Of a DNA stretch of 64,000 nt, positions 38,266 to 48,597 are shown in pieces (position 1 is the stretch's first letter; each line of letters begins with the position of its first letter). The position numbers were made by a program, and so were the translations under genes. The stretch comes from Vicinamibacterales bacterium (GTDB lineage: Bacteria; Acidobacteriota; Vicinamibacteria; Vicinamibacterales; UBA8438): assembly GCA_965197395.1 (NCBI GenBank), contig CBDANB010000007.1, forward strand, positions 855,594-919,593. The letters are read 5' to 3'. Under the pieces are notes generated by a model. That model made no database searches. It was given only the letters and a program-made list of their open reading frames with translations, and was not told where the DNA came from.

Positions 38266-38312
38266 TCGACGCGGGCGATCGGCGGCACTTCGTGGTGAAC
38301 GCCCGGGGCGGT

Positions 38313-39287
38313 TTAGGACGTCCTTCGTCTGAGGATGATCCAGTGCGGGCACTTCGCCTGATCCAGGTAGAGCCGCTCGCAGTCATCGCACCGGACGCAT
38401 TCGGTCATCACGATCTTCGGTCCATCGATGGCCCCCCATTGGCACGTCTTCTCGCACATCTTGCACGTGTTGCACTCCGACCAGCGCTTGATGCGAAAGA
38501 CCGTCAGGTTGGAGAGCAGGCCCAGGAAGGCGCCGACGGGACAGAGAAAGCGGCAGTAGAGGTTTCTGACGAATACGGTGGCGACCAGCAGCAGTGCCAG
38601 GCCGACCCACAGACCGGTCGTTGCCTGGCCGGTGAACATCCAGAACGGCTCCACGAAGCGGTACGCGGAGATATCGGACGTCACGAAAAAGTAGACGAGC
38701 GTCGCCGCCAACAACCCGTACTTCACCTTCGCGGCCCGCTGCTCGAGCCAGGCCGGCACGTCGAACCGCAGCCGCGTGGGGACGACCCGGTCGAGCAGCT
38801 GCGTGAGCGCGCCGTAGGCGCAGATGCGGCCGCAATACACGCGTCCCCAGAGGACGGTCGAAAGCAACGTGAACCCGGCGAACAGATACCACGCGACGCT
38901 GTATTTGAACACCGGGAGGTTGCCGGTCAGGAGACTGAAGAGGTTGACCACCGAGATGAGCTGGCTCTTCGCGAACCCCAGGTAGAGCACGGCGACTCCC
39001 AGCGTGACGTACTTGAGCGCCACGCTTTTGCGAAAGAAGCTCACCATGGCGAACGTCGCGAACGCGACGAACAGCGACAGGTCGGTCGCCTGATCCGCCA
39101 GCAGCGTGCCCCACGTCTCCTCGTCCTCCTCGTCATCGAACCCCCATGGGTCTGGCTCCAGTGCGGCCTCCGGTTGGGCGCCAATCGTGCCGAGTGACGC
39201 GGTTTCCGGCAGCGCGTCGAGGGTGGTGGTGAGCGCGATCGATACGAAGACGGCGGTGATGAGCCCGCGGGCCAGGGTCCCGGTCAC
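38313..39287 (-). CDS. NosR/NirI-type membrane 4Fe-4S binding protein
   Basis: GRVYCGRICAYG, RNLYCRFLCPVG, CNTCKMCEKTC, CVRCDDC. Confidence 0.85.
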   Translation of the reverse strand: MTGTLARGLITAVFVSIALTTTLDALPETASLGTIGAQPEAALEPDPWGFDDEEDEETWGTLLADQATDLSLFVAFATFAMVSFFRKSVALKYVTLGVAVLYLGFAKSQLISVVNLFSLLTGNLPVFKYSVAWYLFAGFTLLSTVLWGRVYCGRICAYGALTQLLDRVVPTRLRFDVPAWLEQRAAKVKYGLLAATLVYFFVTSDISAYRFVEPFWMFTGQATTGLWVGLALLLVATVFVRNLYCRFLCPVGAFLGLLSNLTVFRIKRWSECNTCKMCEKTCQWGAIDGPKIVMTECVRCDDCERLYLDQAKCPHWIILRRRTS

Positions 39288-39814
39288 TTCGAGTCCCCGG
39301 GGGGAGTGAGAAACTGTCGCGCGATGCGGCGGGCGCTGTTCCTGACGGCACGGGACGCGCTCGTCACGGTCATCGTCGCTCGCGATACCGCGTCGATGTC
39401 GCGCCCGACCCGAAAACGGTCGCGAATGCTCTTTGTATCGAACTGCGCGGCAAACTCCGGCATATCGATCGAGAAGTAGCCATACGGCTCGTTGTGGTCG
39501 ACGACGACGACGCCGGTCAGAGCTCCGATCGTGTCCATACCGACCAGGATCTGGATCGGACCATCGTAGCCGCGCTCGAGCGGTTCGAGGTCGCGCGTCA
39601 GGAACGCGAGTCCGGTGAGGCGCTGGCCGCCGCCGCTCGGGTCGTCGATGTAGGCCTTGATATGCGGCGGCGAGCCGCCTTTGGGTGAGAAGGTCGTCGC
39701 GGTAGGGAAGAGCCGCTCAAGGCGGGCCATCCGCGTGGCGTCGTGAGCGGCCTGCCGTCCGGTGACGAAGGTGGCGCTCATGATGAGCGCCGCGACGATG
39801 GGTGCGATTTTCAT
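39284..39814 (-). CDS. FMN-binding (flavinylated) periplasmic protein
   Basis: GYDGPIQILVG, HNEP, IDAVSRATMT flavinylation-like motif; overlaps the Fe-S gene by 4 nt. Confidence 0.8.
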   Translation of the reverse strand: MKIAPIVAALIMSATFVTGRQAAHDATRMARLERLFPTATTFSPKGGSPPHIKAYIDDPSGGGQRLTGLAFLTRDLEPLERGYDGPIQILVGMDTIGALTGVVVVDHNEPYGYFSIDMPEFAAQFDTKSIRDRFRVGRDIDAVSRATMTVTSASRAVRNSARRIARQFLTPPGDSK

Positions 39815-39970
39815 TAGAGAGCGGTCGGCGCCTGGTCCGCGGACGCCGATTATCCCGTGGCGCGGAGCCGCGGTCAAATCGCGGGGCATCGACCGCTGGC
39901 ATATGATGCCCGTGGACGTGCTGCTCGCGGCGAGACCAGCCACGAGGCACCACATCAGGCAGGAGAACAC

Positions 39971-40450
39971 ATGTCCTTGAACCGCCACATCGCGCTGCCC
40001 GCGGCGCTCGTCATCGCCTGGGTGATGCTCGCGGCGTCCACGCCCCTTACCCGCGCGCAGGATCGGCTGGCAACCGCGAGAACGGCGACCTGTACGTTTC
40101 CGCTGATTGCGTCCGGCACCTGGACGGACGGAGACCCCGGCGCCGATGTCACGGCCGCCGACCTCTCGTTTCGCTTCGAGGCCATCGATATCGAGGACGC
40201 GACCGCCGAGGCGGTCGGCCCGTTTGGCGCCTCGCATATCATCACACGCTTGTCGGGCGAGTACCTGCATTTTCTCCAGATGTTTCAGGCCGGGCCCCTG
40301 TACTCGACCACCATCTTCAACCAGGAGACACGCGACGGGAAGTTGATGGCGGTCCACACCCGCCACGAGTACACAACCGTCTCGCTGCCGGGGTTCACGT
40401 CACGGCCCGAGCAGTACTACGGCGAGTGCGTCCTCGAACATGCCGACTGA
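39971..40450 (+). CDS. Conserved hypothetical secreted protein
   Basis: AGGAG RBS, signal peptide, Cys pair (CTF...YYGEC). Confidence 0.7.
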   Translation: MSLNRHIALPAALVIAWVMLAASTPLTRAQDRLATARTATCTFPLIASGTWTDGDPGADVTAADLSFRFEAIDIEDATAEAVGPFGASHIITRLSGEYLHFLQMFQAGPLYSTTIFNQETRDGKLMAVHTRHEYTTVSLPGFTSRPEQYYGECVLEHAD

Positions 40451-40505
40451 CCGCGACGTCCTGATCATCATTTCGACCTACAACGAACGCGATAACCTGG
40501 CGCCG
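40440..40505 (+). pseudogene. GT2 polyprenol-phosphomannose synthase N-terminal scrap
   Basis: VLIIISTYNERDNL resembles the IIPTYNE.DN GT2 motif; truncated. Confidence 0.5.
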
Positions 40506-40595
40506 GAACACATCTCGTCACCCACACAAAGAAAGGGCGGGAGCCACGCGCTGCTCCCGCCCTCACCGATACCGCCGAGCCGGTGGCCCCTAGGG

Positions 40596-41936
40596 TTAGA
40601 TGTGGTCCAGCCGGCCAGTGCTGTCGCCGACGCTGTCGCGGTGCACGTCGACCTTGTCAAGAATCGACAGGAGCGCGTTCGTCAACGGCGTTTTCTCCGG
40701 ATACACGATGTGACGACCGCCCTTGAGCCGACCGCCGGCGCCACCCACGAGCAGGCAGGGCAGGTCCTGGTGCTGGTGGAGGTTGCCGTTGCCGATGCCG
40801 CCGCCATACATGAGCAACGAGTGATCCAGCAGCGTGCCATCGCCGTCTGGCGTCGCCTGCAGCCGGTCGAGGAAATGGCTGAACAGGCTCATGTGATACG
40901 CGTTGATCTTCTCCACGCGGGCGACCTTGTCCGGGTCGTTCCCGTGGTGCGAGATGGCGTGATGCGGGTCCGGCACACCGATGTGATTGTAGGTGCGCGT
41001 CGACGCCTCGCGGGCGAGCATGAACGTGCTGACACGCGTGATGTCGGCTTGGAACGCGAGCGTCTGCAGGTCGTACATCAGCTTCACGTGGTCGTCATAG
41101 AGCTCGGGCACACCAACCGGCATCGTCGGCAGCTCGATGTGCTCCCCGACGCGCGCCTCCATCTTCTGCACGCGCTGCTCCACCTCGCGGACGCTATCGA
41201 GATACTCCGCCACGCGCGCGGCGTCCGCGACCCCGAGGCGCGACTGCAGCCGGTCGACCTCGCCGACGATCGCATCGAGGATGCTTCGGTCCTGGCTGAG
41301 TTGGCGCCGGCGCGCTTCGGCCCCGAGCCCCTCGCCGAACAACCGCTCGAAGACGACCCGCGGGTCGGTCTGCATCGGGAGCATCGTCGTCGGTGTGCGC
41401 CACGACAGCGTGTTGACGTAGCTGCAGGCGTAGCCGATGTCACAACCGCCGACGGCAGTGAAGTCCTCGGCGGCGACCTCCAGTGAACGTAGCTGCGTGT
41501 CGCGCCCCAGCTCGTCCGCGGCGATCTGGTCGATCGTCTTCCCGCCGCGCACGTCGGCCCCTTCGGTCCGCTTGGGGTGGATGCCGCTCAGCCAGACGGC
41601 GCTGGCCCGGGCATGGTCGCCTGAGCCCTCGCCCTCGGCCGCTTCCGCCGGCCGCGATTCGAGGTTGGACAACACGAGGAGACGGTCGCGGTGCCGCTCG
41701 AGCGATGCGAGCGTCGCCGGAAGATCGAACGCCGTGCCGTCCGTCGCGGGTCGCCACTTGTCGTTGATCGCGCCGTTCGGGATGTAGGTGAACGCCAACC
41801 GGCGCACCGGGGCGGCCGCGGTCCGAGCTGCCGCCGAGAGCGCCGGCACCATCGCATCCAGAAGCGGCAGCGCCAGCGTCGCGCCGACACCGCGCAAGAA
41901 CGTCCGCCGGGGCAACGCCATCTTCGTGATGATCAT
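40596..41936 (-). CDS. DUF1552 (HxxSHH) Tat-exported protein, copy 1
   Basis: LPRRTFLRG, HHAISHH, GDSTGRL. Confidence 0.9.
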   Translation of the reverse strand: MIITKMALPRRTFLRGVGATLALPLLDAMVPALSAAARTAAAPVRRLAFTYIPNGAINDKWRPATDGTAFDLPATLASLERHRDRLLVLSNLESRPAEAAEGEGSGDHARASAVWLSGIHPKRTEGADVRGGKTIDQIAADELGRDTQLRSLEVAAEDFTAVGGCDIGYACSYVNTLSWRTPTTMLPMQTDPRVVFERLFGEGLGAEARRRQLSQDRSILDAIVGEVDRLQSRLGVADAARVAEYLDSVREVEQRVQKMEARVGEHIELPTMPVGVPELYDDHVKLMYDLQTLAFQADITRVSTFMLAREASTRTYNHIGVPDPHHAISHHGNDPDKVARVEKINAYHMSLFSHFLDRLQATPDGDGTLLDHSLLMYGGGIGNGNLHQHQDLPCLLVGGAGGRLKGGRHIVYPEKTPLTNALLSILDKVDVHRDSVGDSTGRLDHI

Positions 41937-41986
41937 CTTCTCTCCTCGGAGAAACCGACGGTGCCGACTCTGCCGTGACCGGTTCG

Positions 41987-42268
41987 CTAGGGACCGGCTG
42001 CTGCCGCGACGGCCAACTCGTCCGTCTTGGGCCGCTTCATCTTCATGCGAAACCGCTCGTTGTGGCAGGTCACACAGTAACGCTGCAGCACCGCCGCATG
42101 GTCGTCAGCGGCGGACGCCGCGGCGCGTTCCGGCGCCGGAGCGGCCGACAGCCACGCGGCGCTGACGAGCCACGCGGCCAGCAGACACCAGCCCTCACGC
42201 CATGCCGTGCCGCCGTGAGAAGAAATCTGACTCACTGCATGGGCTCCGACCAGTCGAACAGCTGGCAC
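41987..42268 (-). pseudogene. DUF1592-cluster cytochrome remnant: N-terminal heme motif fused to the extreme C-terminus
   Basis: VLQRYCVTCHNER joined to FRMK; compare intact paralogue YCVTCHN...PFAMRR at 50240-52693. Confidence 0.7.
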
Positions 42269-42293
42269 GGCGCACTGGTTCCCGACGTCATGA

Positions 42294-43841
42294 TCACTGA
42301 TTGGCGTTGCTGGCGAACCGATTCAGCTCGTCCTGCTTGCTCGGGGTGGCGCCGAGGTCGCGGAGCAGCGCGGCGGAGCGCTCGCGCCGAATCAGGCTGG
42401 CGACCTGATTGAACCCCTGTTCGGCGAGGTCGAGCGCCGTCCGTCCGAGCTCGTCCTTGAGGTCGGTTCTTGCGCCAGCGGAGACGAGTTGCTCGATGAC
42501 GCTGTCGGCGGCCCGGTAGACCGCGCCGTGCAGCGCCGTCTGCCCGTTGGCGTTGGCGGCGTTGACGTCGACGCCTTCGGCCAGTCCCAGTTTGACCGCC
42601 TCGAGGGCGTCCTGCTCGGGCCGAAAGCGCCGCGATCCCTCGACGTGGCCCACCCCGGCCGCGAGCATGACGGCCGTATTGTTGGAGTAGGAGGCGAGAC
42701 GCGGATCAGCGCCGTGCGCCGCCAGGAGGCGCATCCCATCGACGTCGGCGGCCTGGGCGGCCAGCAGATATGGTGTCGCGCCGCCGATGTTGACGAAGTT
42801 GTCCATCAGCGGGCGACCCGCACTGTAGATGTTCTCGTCCGTCCAGCGCTCGTGGAGGATCGGCACCGGCTCCGTGCGCGCGTTCGGGTCCGCGCCCTCC
42901 GCCAGCAGCATCTCGACGAGCTCGAGACTGCCGAGCTGCGTCGGATCTTCACCCGTGAACGCGACGACGACGTTGCCGAGATGCCGCTGCGGCGACCGCG
43001 AGGCCACCAGATCGTGCAGAACCGAGCGGCCCCGTGCGTTGCTCGCATTGGGGTCGGCGCCGGCGTCGAGCAGCATGCCGGCAACGCTGTAGTGACGGTT
43101 ACTGATCGCTATGCTCAGCAGGCTCCCGGCAACCGGATTCCTCCGCCGGCTCCGGGTGGCGTCCGGCTCCTCGGGCGCAACCAGGTTGACGTCGGCACCG
43201 GCGTCGATGAGCAGCCGCACCGCATCGCGCGTGTCCTGGCGGACCGCGAACATCAACGCGGTGAACTGGCCGTTCGAAAACGCATCGACGCTGGCGCCAC
43301 CCTCCAGGAGCACGTTCATCACTGCCACATGGTTTTCCGCCGCGGCCCACATCAGCGGTGTCTGGCCGCGCCAGCCGTCGGCCGCATCGATGTCGGCGCC
43401 ACCGGCACGCAGGGCCCGGACCGCGCCTACCTGTCCGGTCCGCGCGCAGGTCATGAGCGGCGGCTCACCCGTCGGCGCAAGGTTGGCATCCGCTCCCGCG
43501 TCGAGCAGCCGTTCGACCATGTCCGGGTTGGAGTTCGTGCAGGCGAGCGTTAGCGGCGTGGCGCCGTTCCGGTTGACCACGTTCGCATCCGCCCCCGCCT
43601 CGAGCAGCAGCCCAGCCAGGTCGGCGTCGTCACGGTACACCGACCAGTGGAGCGCCGTGGTGCCGTCCAGGCTGGGCGTGTTGACGTCGGTCCCCTCCCC
43701 CAGGAGGCGGGACACCGCTTCGTGGTCGCCCGCCTGCGCCGCAGTCGGGAGTGGGGCGTCGCGCTCGGCGGCGGCAAGACTGGCACCAGTCAGCGCAATC
43801 AACAGCGGGAGCAACGACGCCGAGATTCGTTGGATCTGCAT
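42294..43841 (-). CDS. Secreted ankyrin-repeat protein
   Basis: Signal peptide; many TALH/TPL repeats. Confidence 0.9.
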   Translation of the reverse strand: MQIQRISASLLPLLIALTGASLAAAERDAPLPTAAQAGDHEAVSRLLGEGTDVNTPSLDGTTALHWSVYRDDADLAGLLLEAGADANVVNRNGATPLTLACTNSNPDMVERLLDAGADANLAPTGEPPLMTCARTGQVGAVRALRAGGADIDAADGWRGQTPLMWAAAENHVAVMNVLLEGGASVDAFSNGQFTALMFAVRQDTRDAVRLLIDAGADVNLVAPEEPDATRSRRRNPVAGSLLSIAISNRHYSVAGMLLDAGADPNASNARGRSVLHDLVASRSPQRHLGNVVVAFTGEDPTQLGSLELVEMLLAEGADPNARTEPVPILHERWTDENIYSAGRPLMDNFVNIGGATPYLLAAQAADVDGMRLLAAHGADPRLASYSNNTAVMLAAGVGHVEGSRRFRPEQDALEAVKLGLAEGVDVNAANANGQTALHGAVYRAADSVIEQLVSAGARTDLKDELGRTALDLAEQGFNQVASLIRRERSAALLRDLGATPSKQDELNRFASNANQ

Positions 43842-44092
43842 TTTGAGTTACCAGTCATGCCTGGGGATTCATCGAACGCGCCCCAGGCGAATCATCCGAC
43901 CGCGACGAGACTCCGCACCCTGCGCAGGCACGCCCGTTCCCCGAATCGTACAGCGGGGTCGGGCGTCATTCAAAGGAACGTCTCGTGGCGAGCGCCACGC
44001 GTCGCCGACTCTGCATCGAGTCTCCCTCGGTTCGGAGAGCGGCCGGGCGGCGCGCCGCCCGGCCATCCATCAGGCGCGTGCGAGTGACCGCC

Positions 44093-46252
44093 TCACTCTG
44101 CCAACGGGTGCGGCCTGATCTGAAACCGCATAATCTCGCTGGTCATCCCCTTGCCGCCTTCGTTGTGCCAGTTCGCGATGGTGTCGTTGCTCGCCCACAC
44201 GCCCCGACCCTTCCAGCCGGCGGTCGGGTCGTCAATCCGGCCGTCCAGACCGCGTGTGTAGAAGCCGAGCGGGTACGGGACCCGGAGCGTGACCATCTCG
44301 CCGTTCTCCGGGAGCAGCGCGATCAGCGAGTCAGACGTCGTCCCGTTGACCAGTGGGACATTGGCGCCGAGCCCCAGCGTGTCGAACTGGTCGACCCACA
44401 TGTAGTAGTGGAAGTCGGCGCTGCCGGCCGCCGAGACGCCCTTCATCTGCGGTCCGGGCGTGGGATAGAGCGTCCAGCCCTCGGGGCAGTGCTGGCCGGT
44501 CGCCTCGGGGCCGTTCAGCACCTGGCACTGAGTCCGGTCGAAGCTCGCCAGGTGGCCGCTGCCGCCCAGCGCGGTCCAGATGAGGCCGTCCCGATCGGCG
44601 TCGATCCCACGCGGCCCGTGTCCCCACTGGCTCGGTGGAACCGCATCGGTCTCGAACGGCGGCTCATAGCGCTCGGCCAGGCAGGTCTCGGGGTCCAGCC
44701 GGACCAGCTCGCCCGGTACCGGATTCGGATACGGCCGCGCGATCCAGATGGAGCCGTCGACCGGGTTCGGGATGATGCCGTAGGCGAAGCCGCTGATCCG
44801 CGCGTCCTTGGTCGGGTCGCGCGCTTCGTTCGGCTCGGTGTACTCGCCGATCGTGCCGTCGCCGTTCGTGTCCATGATCGTCGGACACCACCCCTGCGAC
44901 GCGCGCTCGTCACCCGTCTCGTCGAACAGCTTCGTGTTGATCCAACCAACGACATTGCTGTCACCGCTGATCCAGAGCGTGTCGTTGTCGTCGGCAGCGA
45001 ACTGCAGGTGATGCGTGTCGAAACAGGTGTCGATCAGCACGAACGTCTGGCTCTCGGTGTCGTAGTAGGACATCTGTCGGCCGGCGCGCTGGAGCGGGAA
45101 CCGTGTGACCGAGGGGTGGTCCGACTCCTGACACCACGACGCGTTCTCGCGCGGCCGGATCGTGGAGGTCATCCAGACACGGCCCTTCGCGTCCATCATC
45201 GGGTTGTGCGGGTTGGCCGGTCCCGTGCGCGCGATCTCCTCCGTTCCCCAATACGGCGAGGGCACGGGCTCGGCCGTCGGCGCACCGTAACCCGCGCCCC
45301 GCTGTTCCATCGACACGCGAGTCGGGATCTCGAGGTCGAACGACTGATGCGCGACGGGGTCGGTGATCACGAGCTTGCCAAGCATGTCGACGCCATAGAC
45401 GGGGCCGTTGGCATAGAGCGTCGGGTTTCGTTTGTCCGTGGCGATCTCGTCGTGGATGAACCCGCGATCGGTCGACCAGCCCCACTGGGTCAGGACGAGG
45501 TTGCGCTCGACGCCCTCCGGCCGAGGCGGCGCGGGCGGCACTTCGCCTGCCAAGATCCGGTCCGTCCAGTCCGCGAACAGACCGAGGGATCGGTCACGAC
45601 CCATCCGGTTGATCCCGGCGTTCATGCCGGCGCCGGCCGAGCCGATCAGCACCCGCTGGTCCCAGGCGTGCAGCGTCGAGTCGTAGTCGCTGAGGTTGGG
45701 CACTTCCCGTGTCGCCAAGTTGCCCATCTGGTGACATAGCTGGCAGCCGTCCTTCAAGCGGTCGACCCAGTGCGCCTGCTGGCGCATCTCTCGTCCGATG
45801 CCGTTGCCGCTCTCCCCGGTGCCGGGGAACTCGTCAGTCGTCGGGACTTCCAGGAGCGAGTACCAGTAGTTGCCCGGATAGATCGCCGCTGCCTCACGGG
45901 GACTCGATGCCGCCGTGGGGTTCAGCTCGACACGCTCACCGGGTCGTGCCGCCTGCGCGGCTGAGTCGACCAGGCCGTAGCCGCGTGCCCAGACCTTGTA
46001 GCTGGCGTCGGGCAGATCGGGCACGAGGAAGCGACCGTCGTCGTCGGTGACGACGATCTTTCGAAAGACGGTCTCGAGGTCCTCGGTCGAGGCGACCACC
46101 CAGACTCCGGCCTCCGGACCGTTCGTACTCCGCACGACGCCGCTGATGTCGTCACTGGCCGCAGACGGCGCAGCGCTGGCGAGCCACAGGAGGCTTCCGA
46201 CCGCGATCAACGCGACGCTCGCGAGCGTCGCTCGCCGCAACTTGGCTTGCAT
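44093..46252 (-). CDS. Carboxypeptidase-regulatory-like domain + monoheme + beta-propeller secreted protein, copy 1
   Basis: GPEAGVWV, KDGCQLCHQMG, PHNPMMDAKGRVW, YTRGLDGRIDDP...WKGRG. Confidence 0.85.
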   Translation of the reverse strand: MQAKLRRATLASVALIAVGSLLWLASAAPSAASDDISGVVRSTNGPEAGVWVVASTEDLETVFRKIVVTDDDGRFLVPDLPDASYKVWARGYGLVDSAAQAARPGERVELNPTAASSPREAAAIYPGNYWYSLLEVPTTDEFPGTGESGNGIGREMRQQAHWVDRLKDGCQLCHQMGNLATREVPNLSDYDSTLHAWDQRVLIGSAGAGMNAGINRMGRDRSLGLFADWTDRILAGEVPPAPPRPEGVERNLVLTQWGWSTDRGFIHDEIATDKRNPTLYANGPVYGVDMLGKLVITDPVAHQSFDLEIPTRVSMEQRGAGYGAPTAEPVPSPYWGTEEIARTGPANPHNPMMDAKGRVWMTSTIRPRENASWCQESDHPSVTRFPLQRAGRQMSYYDTESQTFVLIDTCFDTHHLQFAADDNDTLWISGDSNVVGWINTKLFDETGDERASQGWCPTIMDTNGDGTIGEYTEPNEARDPTKDARISGFAYGIIPNPVDGSIWIARPYPNPVPGELVRLDPETCLAERYEPPFETDAVPPSQWGHGPRGIDADRDGLIWTALGGSGHLASFDRTQCQVLNGPEATGQHCPEGWTLYPTPGPQMKGVSAAGSADFHYYMWVDQFDTLGLGANVPLVNGTTSDSLIALLPENGEMVTLRVPYPLGFYTRGLDGRIDDPTAGWKGRGVWASNDTIANWHNEGGKGMTSEIMRFQIRPHPLAE

Positions 46253-46397
46253 GAGTCGACTCCTCTCTTCGGGGTCCCTGGATTCCCGCTCGTTTCGACG
46301 GGATGGCCCGCATTATACTGCCGGTGTGCCCGTCCGTTGCACCGCGAATGCGCCCGTCGCTGTTCAGATTCACCGCCGTCTCGGTGCGGCACGGCGC

Positions 46398-48575
46398 ATG
46401 CACTGCGGGCTGCTGGCGCTCGCGGTGGGGATGGCCGCCTGGCCGGTCGCCGCGGCCGCCCAGGAGCCCGTCACCTATACTGAGGCGATCGCGCCGATTC
46501 TCTTCGAGCACTGCGTGTCGTGCCATCACGCGGGCGGCATCGGACCCTTCAGCTTGCTGGACTACGAGCCGGCGCGTGAGCACGCGGCGGCCATTGCGTC
46601 GGCGACGGGTCGCCGGGCGATGCCGCCGTGGAAGCCCGTTGCGCCCCGAGGGGCGTTCCAGGGCGAGCGGCGGCTGACCGACGAGCAGATCGACCTCATC
46701 GCGCGCTGGGCGGCGGCCGGCGCGCCCGAGGGACCGCCCGACGCCCGACCCGTTTCACCCGACATCGCCGACGGCTGGCAATGGGGGACGCCCGATCTTG
46801 TCGTGCCAATGCAGGAGCCGTACACGCGCCCCGAAAGTACTGCGGACGTCTACCGGAAGTTCGTGCTGCCGATCCCGCTGGACGAGGTGCGCTGGGTCCG
46901 CGGCGTCGAGATCCGGCCCGGCTCGAGCGTGATCCACCACGCCAACATCAGGATCGATTCAACCGGCCGTTCACGTGACCAGGATGACGCGGACCCGGCC
47001 CCGGGCTACGGCGGTTTCATGGTCGAGTCGGCCCGCTTCCCTCCCGGGCACGTGCTCAGCTGGGCGCCCGGCAGGATGCCCAACGCGCTGCCAGACAGCC
47101 TCTCATGGCCGCTCGTTCCGGGTACCGATCTCGTCATGCAGCTTCATCTCCTCCCTGGGGCGACGCCGACGACGGTGCAGCCGGAGGTTGGGCTGTACTT
47201 CGCGGAAACGCCCGCCACCCTCCGGCCGGTGGCCGTCGTGCTCAATTCTCTGACGATTGACATCCCCGCGGGCGAAGCGGCCCACGTCGTCCGCGACAGG
47301 TATCGCCTCCCGGTTGCCGTCGATGTCCTTGCCATCTATCCGCATGCGCATTACCTCGGCAAGGAAATCCATGCGACTGCGACGCTGCCCGACGGCACGG
47401 AGCGGACCCTGTTGCGCATCGACGACTGGGATGTCAACTGGCAGGACGAGTACCGCTACACGGAGGCGGTGCACCTGCCAGCCGCCACGCGACTCGAGAT
47501 GCGCTACGTGTACGACAACTCCGCCGCCAATCCCACGAACCCGCACGACCCGCCCCAGCCGGTGCGGTTCGGCTCAGGGTCGACCGACGAGATGGCGCAG
47601 CTGTTGCTCCAGGTGCTCACCATCCACCCGGGCGACCGCGAGGTGCTGACGGGGAACTTGCGGGTGAAAGAGGCGCGCGACGAGATCATTGGCTACCAGG
47701 CGCGGCTCCGTCGTGATCCAAGCGATCACGAAAGCCGGACCGCCCTGGCTGTCCGGTATCTCGACGTCGGGCAACGGGAGGCCGCCCTGACCGAGCTGCG
47801 CGAGGCGGTTCGACTCGCGCCCGACTACCCGGACGCGCACTACAACATCGGCGCCGCGCTCCAGGCGCAGGGACAGGCCACGGAGGCGATCGCTGCGTAC
47901 CGGCGGGCGATCGAGCTCGAGCCGACCTACGGCGAGGCCCACAACAACCTGGGCGCGCTGCTCGACGCCGTCGGTGACCCGCTGAACGCGGTCGCGCACT
48001 ACCGGCTCGCGATTCAATTCCTGCCGCGTCACGCCGCCGCGCACTACAACATCGGCGCCGCGCTCCAGGCGCAGGGACAGGCCACGGAGGCGACCGCCGC
48101 CTACCGGCGCGCAATCGAGCTGCAGCCGACCTATGCCGCGGCGCACGCCGGCCTGGCGGGCGCGCTGATGGCCGACGCCCAGCTGGAGGCCGCGGTCGCG
48201 GCGTATCAGGAGGCGCTCGCGCACGATCCGAACCAGGCGCGGGCGCTCGTCGAGCTCGCGTGGCTGCGCGCGACGTCGGCCGAGGCGGCGTTTCGCGACG
48301 CGGCCGAGGCGACGGCGCTGGCGCAGCGGGCGCAGGCGCTGCTCGGCGCCGAGCACCCCATTATGCTCGACACGCTGGCAGCCGCGTACGCGTCGGCCGG
48401 TCGCTTCGAGCTGGCGATCACGACGGCACGGGAGGCGGCCGCCCGCGCGCGCGCGACGCCCGGGTTCGAATCGCACGCCGCACCGATCGAGCAGCGGGTG
48501 GGTGTCTACCTGGCCCACCGGCCGTACCGGATGCCGGCCTCCACGAGTGACTCGACGAGCGACCCTTCGCGATAG
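46398..48575 (+). CDS. Cytochrome c + PHM-like copper monooxygenase + TPR protein
   Basis: HCVSCH; IHHAN, MQLHL, YPHAHYLG, TDEM; TPR tail. Start inferred from the signal peptide. Confidence 0.75.
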   Translation: MHCGLLALAVGMAAWPVAAAAQEPVTYTEAIAPILFEHCVSCHHAGGIGPFSLLDYEPAREHAAAIASATGRRAMPPWKPVAPRGAFQGERRLTDEQIDLIARWAAAGAPEGPPDARPVSPDIADGWQWGTPDLVVPMQEPYTRPESTADVYRKFVLPIPLDEVRWVRGVEIRPGSSVIHHANIRIDSTGRSRDQDDADPAPGYGGFMVESARFPPGHVLSWAPGRMPNALPDSLSWPLVPGTDLVMQLHLLPGATPTTVQPEVGLYFAETPATLRPVAVVLNSLTIDIPAGEAAHVVRDRYRLPVAVDVLAIYPHAHYLGKEIHATATLPDGTERTLLRIDDWDVNWQDEYRYTEAVHLPAATRLEMRYVYDNSAANPTNPHDPPQPVRFGSGSTDEMAQLLLQVLTIHPGDREVLTGNLRVKEARDEIIGYQARLRRDPSDHESRTALAVRYLDVGQREAALTELREAVRLAPDYPDAHYNIGAALQAQGQATEAIAAYRRAIELEPTYGEAHNNLGALLDAVGDPLNAVAHYRLAIQFLPRHAAAHYNIGAALQAQGQATEATAAYRRAIELQPTYAAAHAGLAGALMADAQLEAAVAAYQEALAHDPNQARALVELAWLRATSAEAAFRDAAEATALAQRAQALLGAEHPIMLDTLAAAYASAGRFELAITTAREAAARARATPGFESHAAPIEQRVGVYLAHRPYRMPASTSDSTSDPSR

Positions 48576-48597
48576 GGTAGGGGTGGACACGGGAGGA

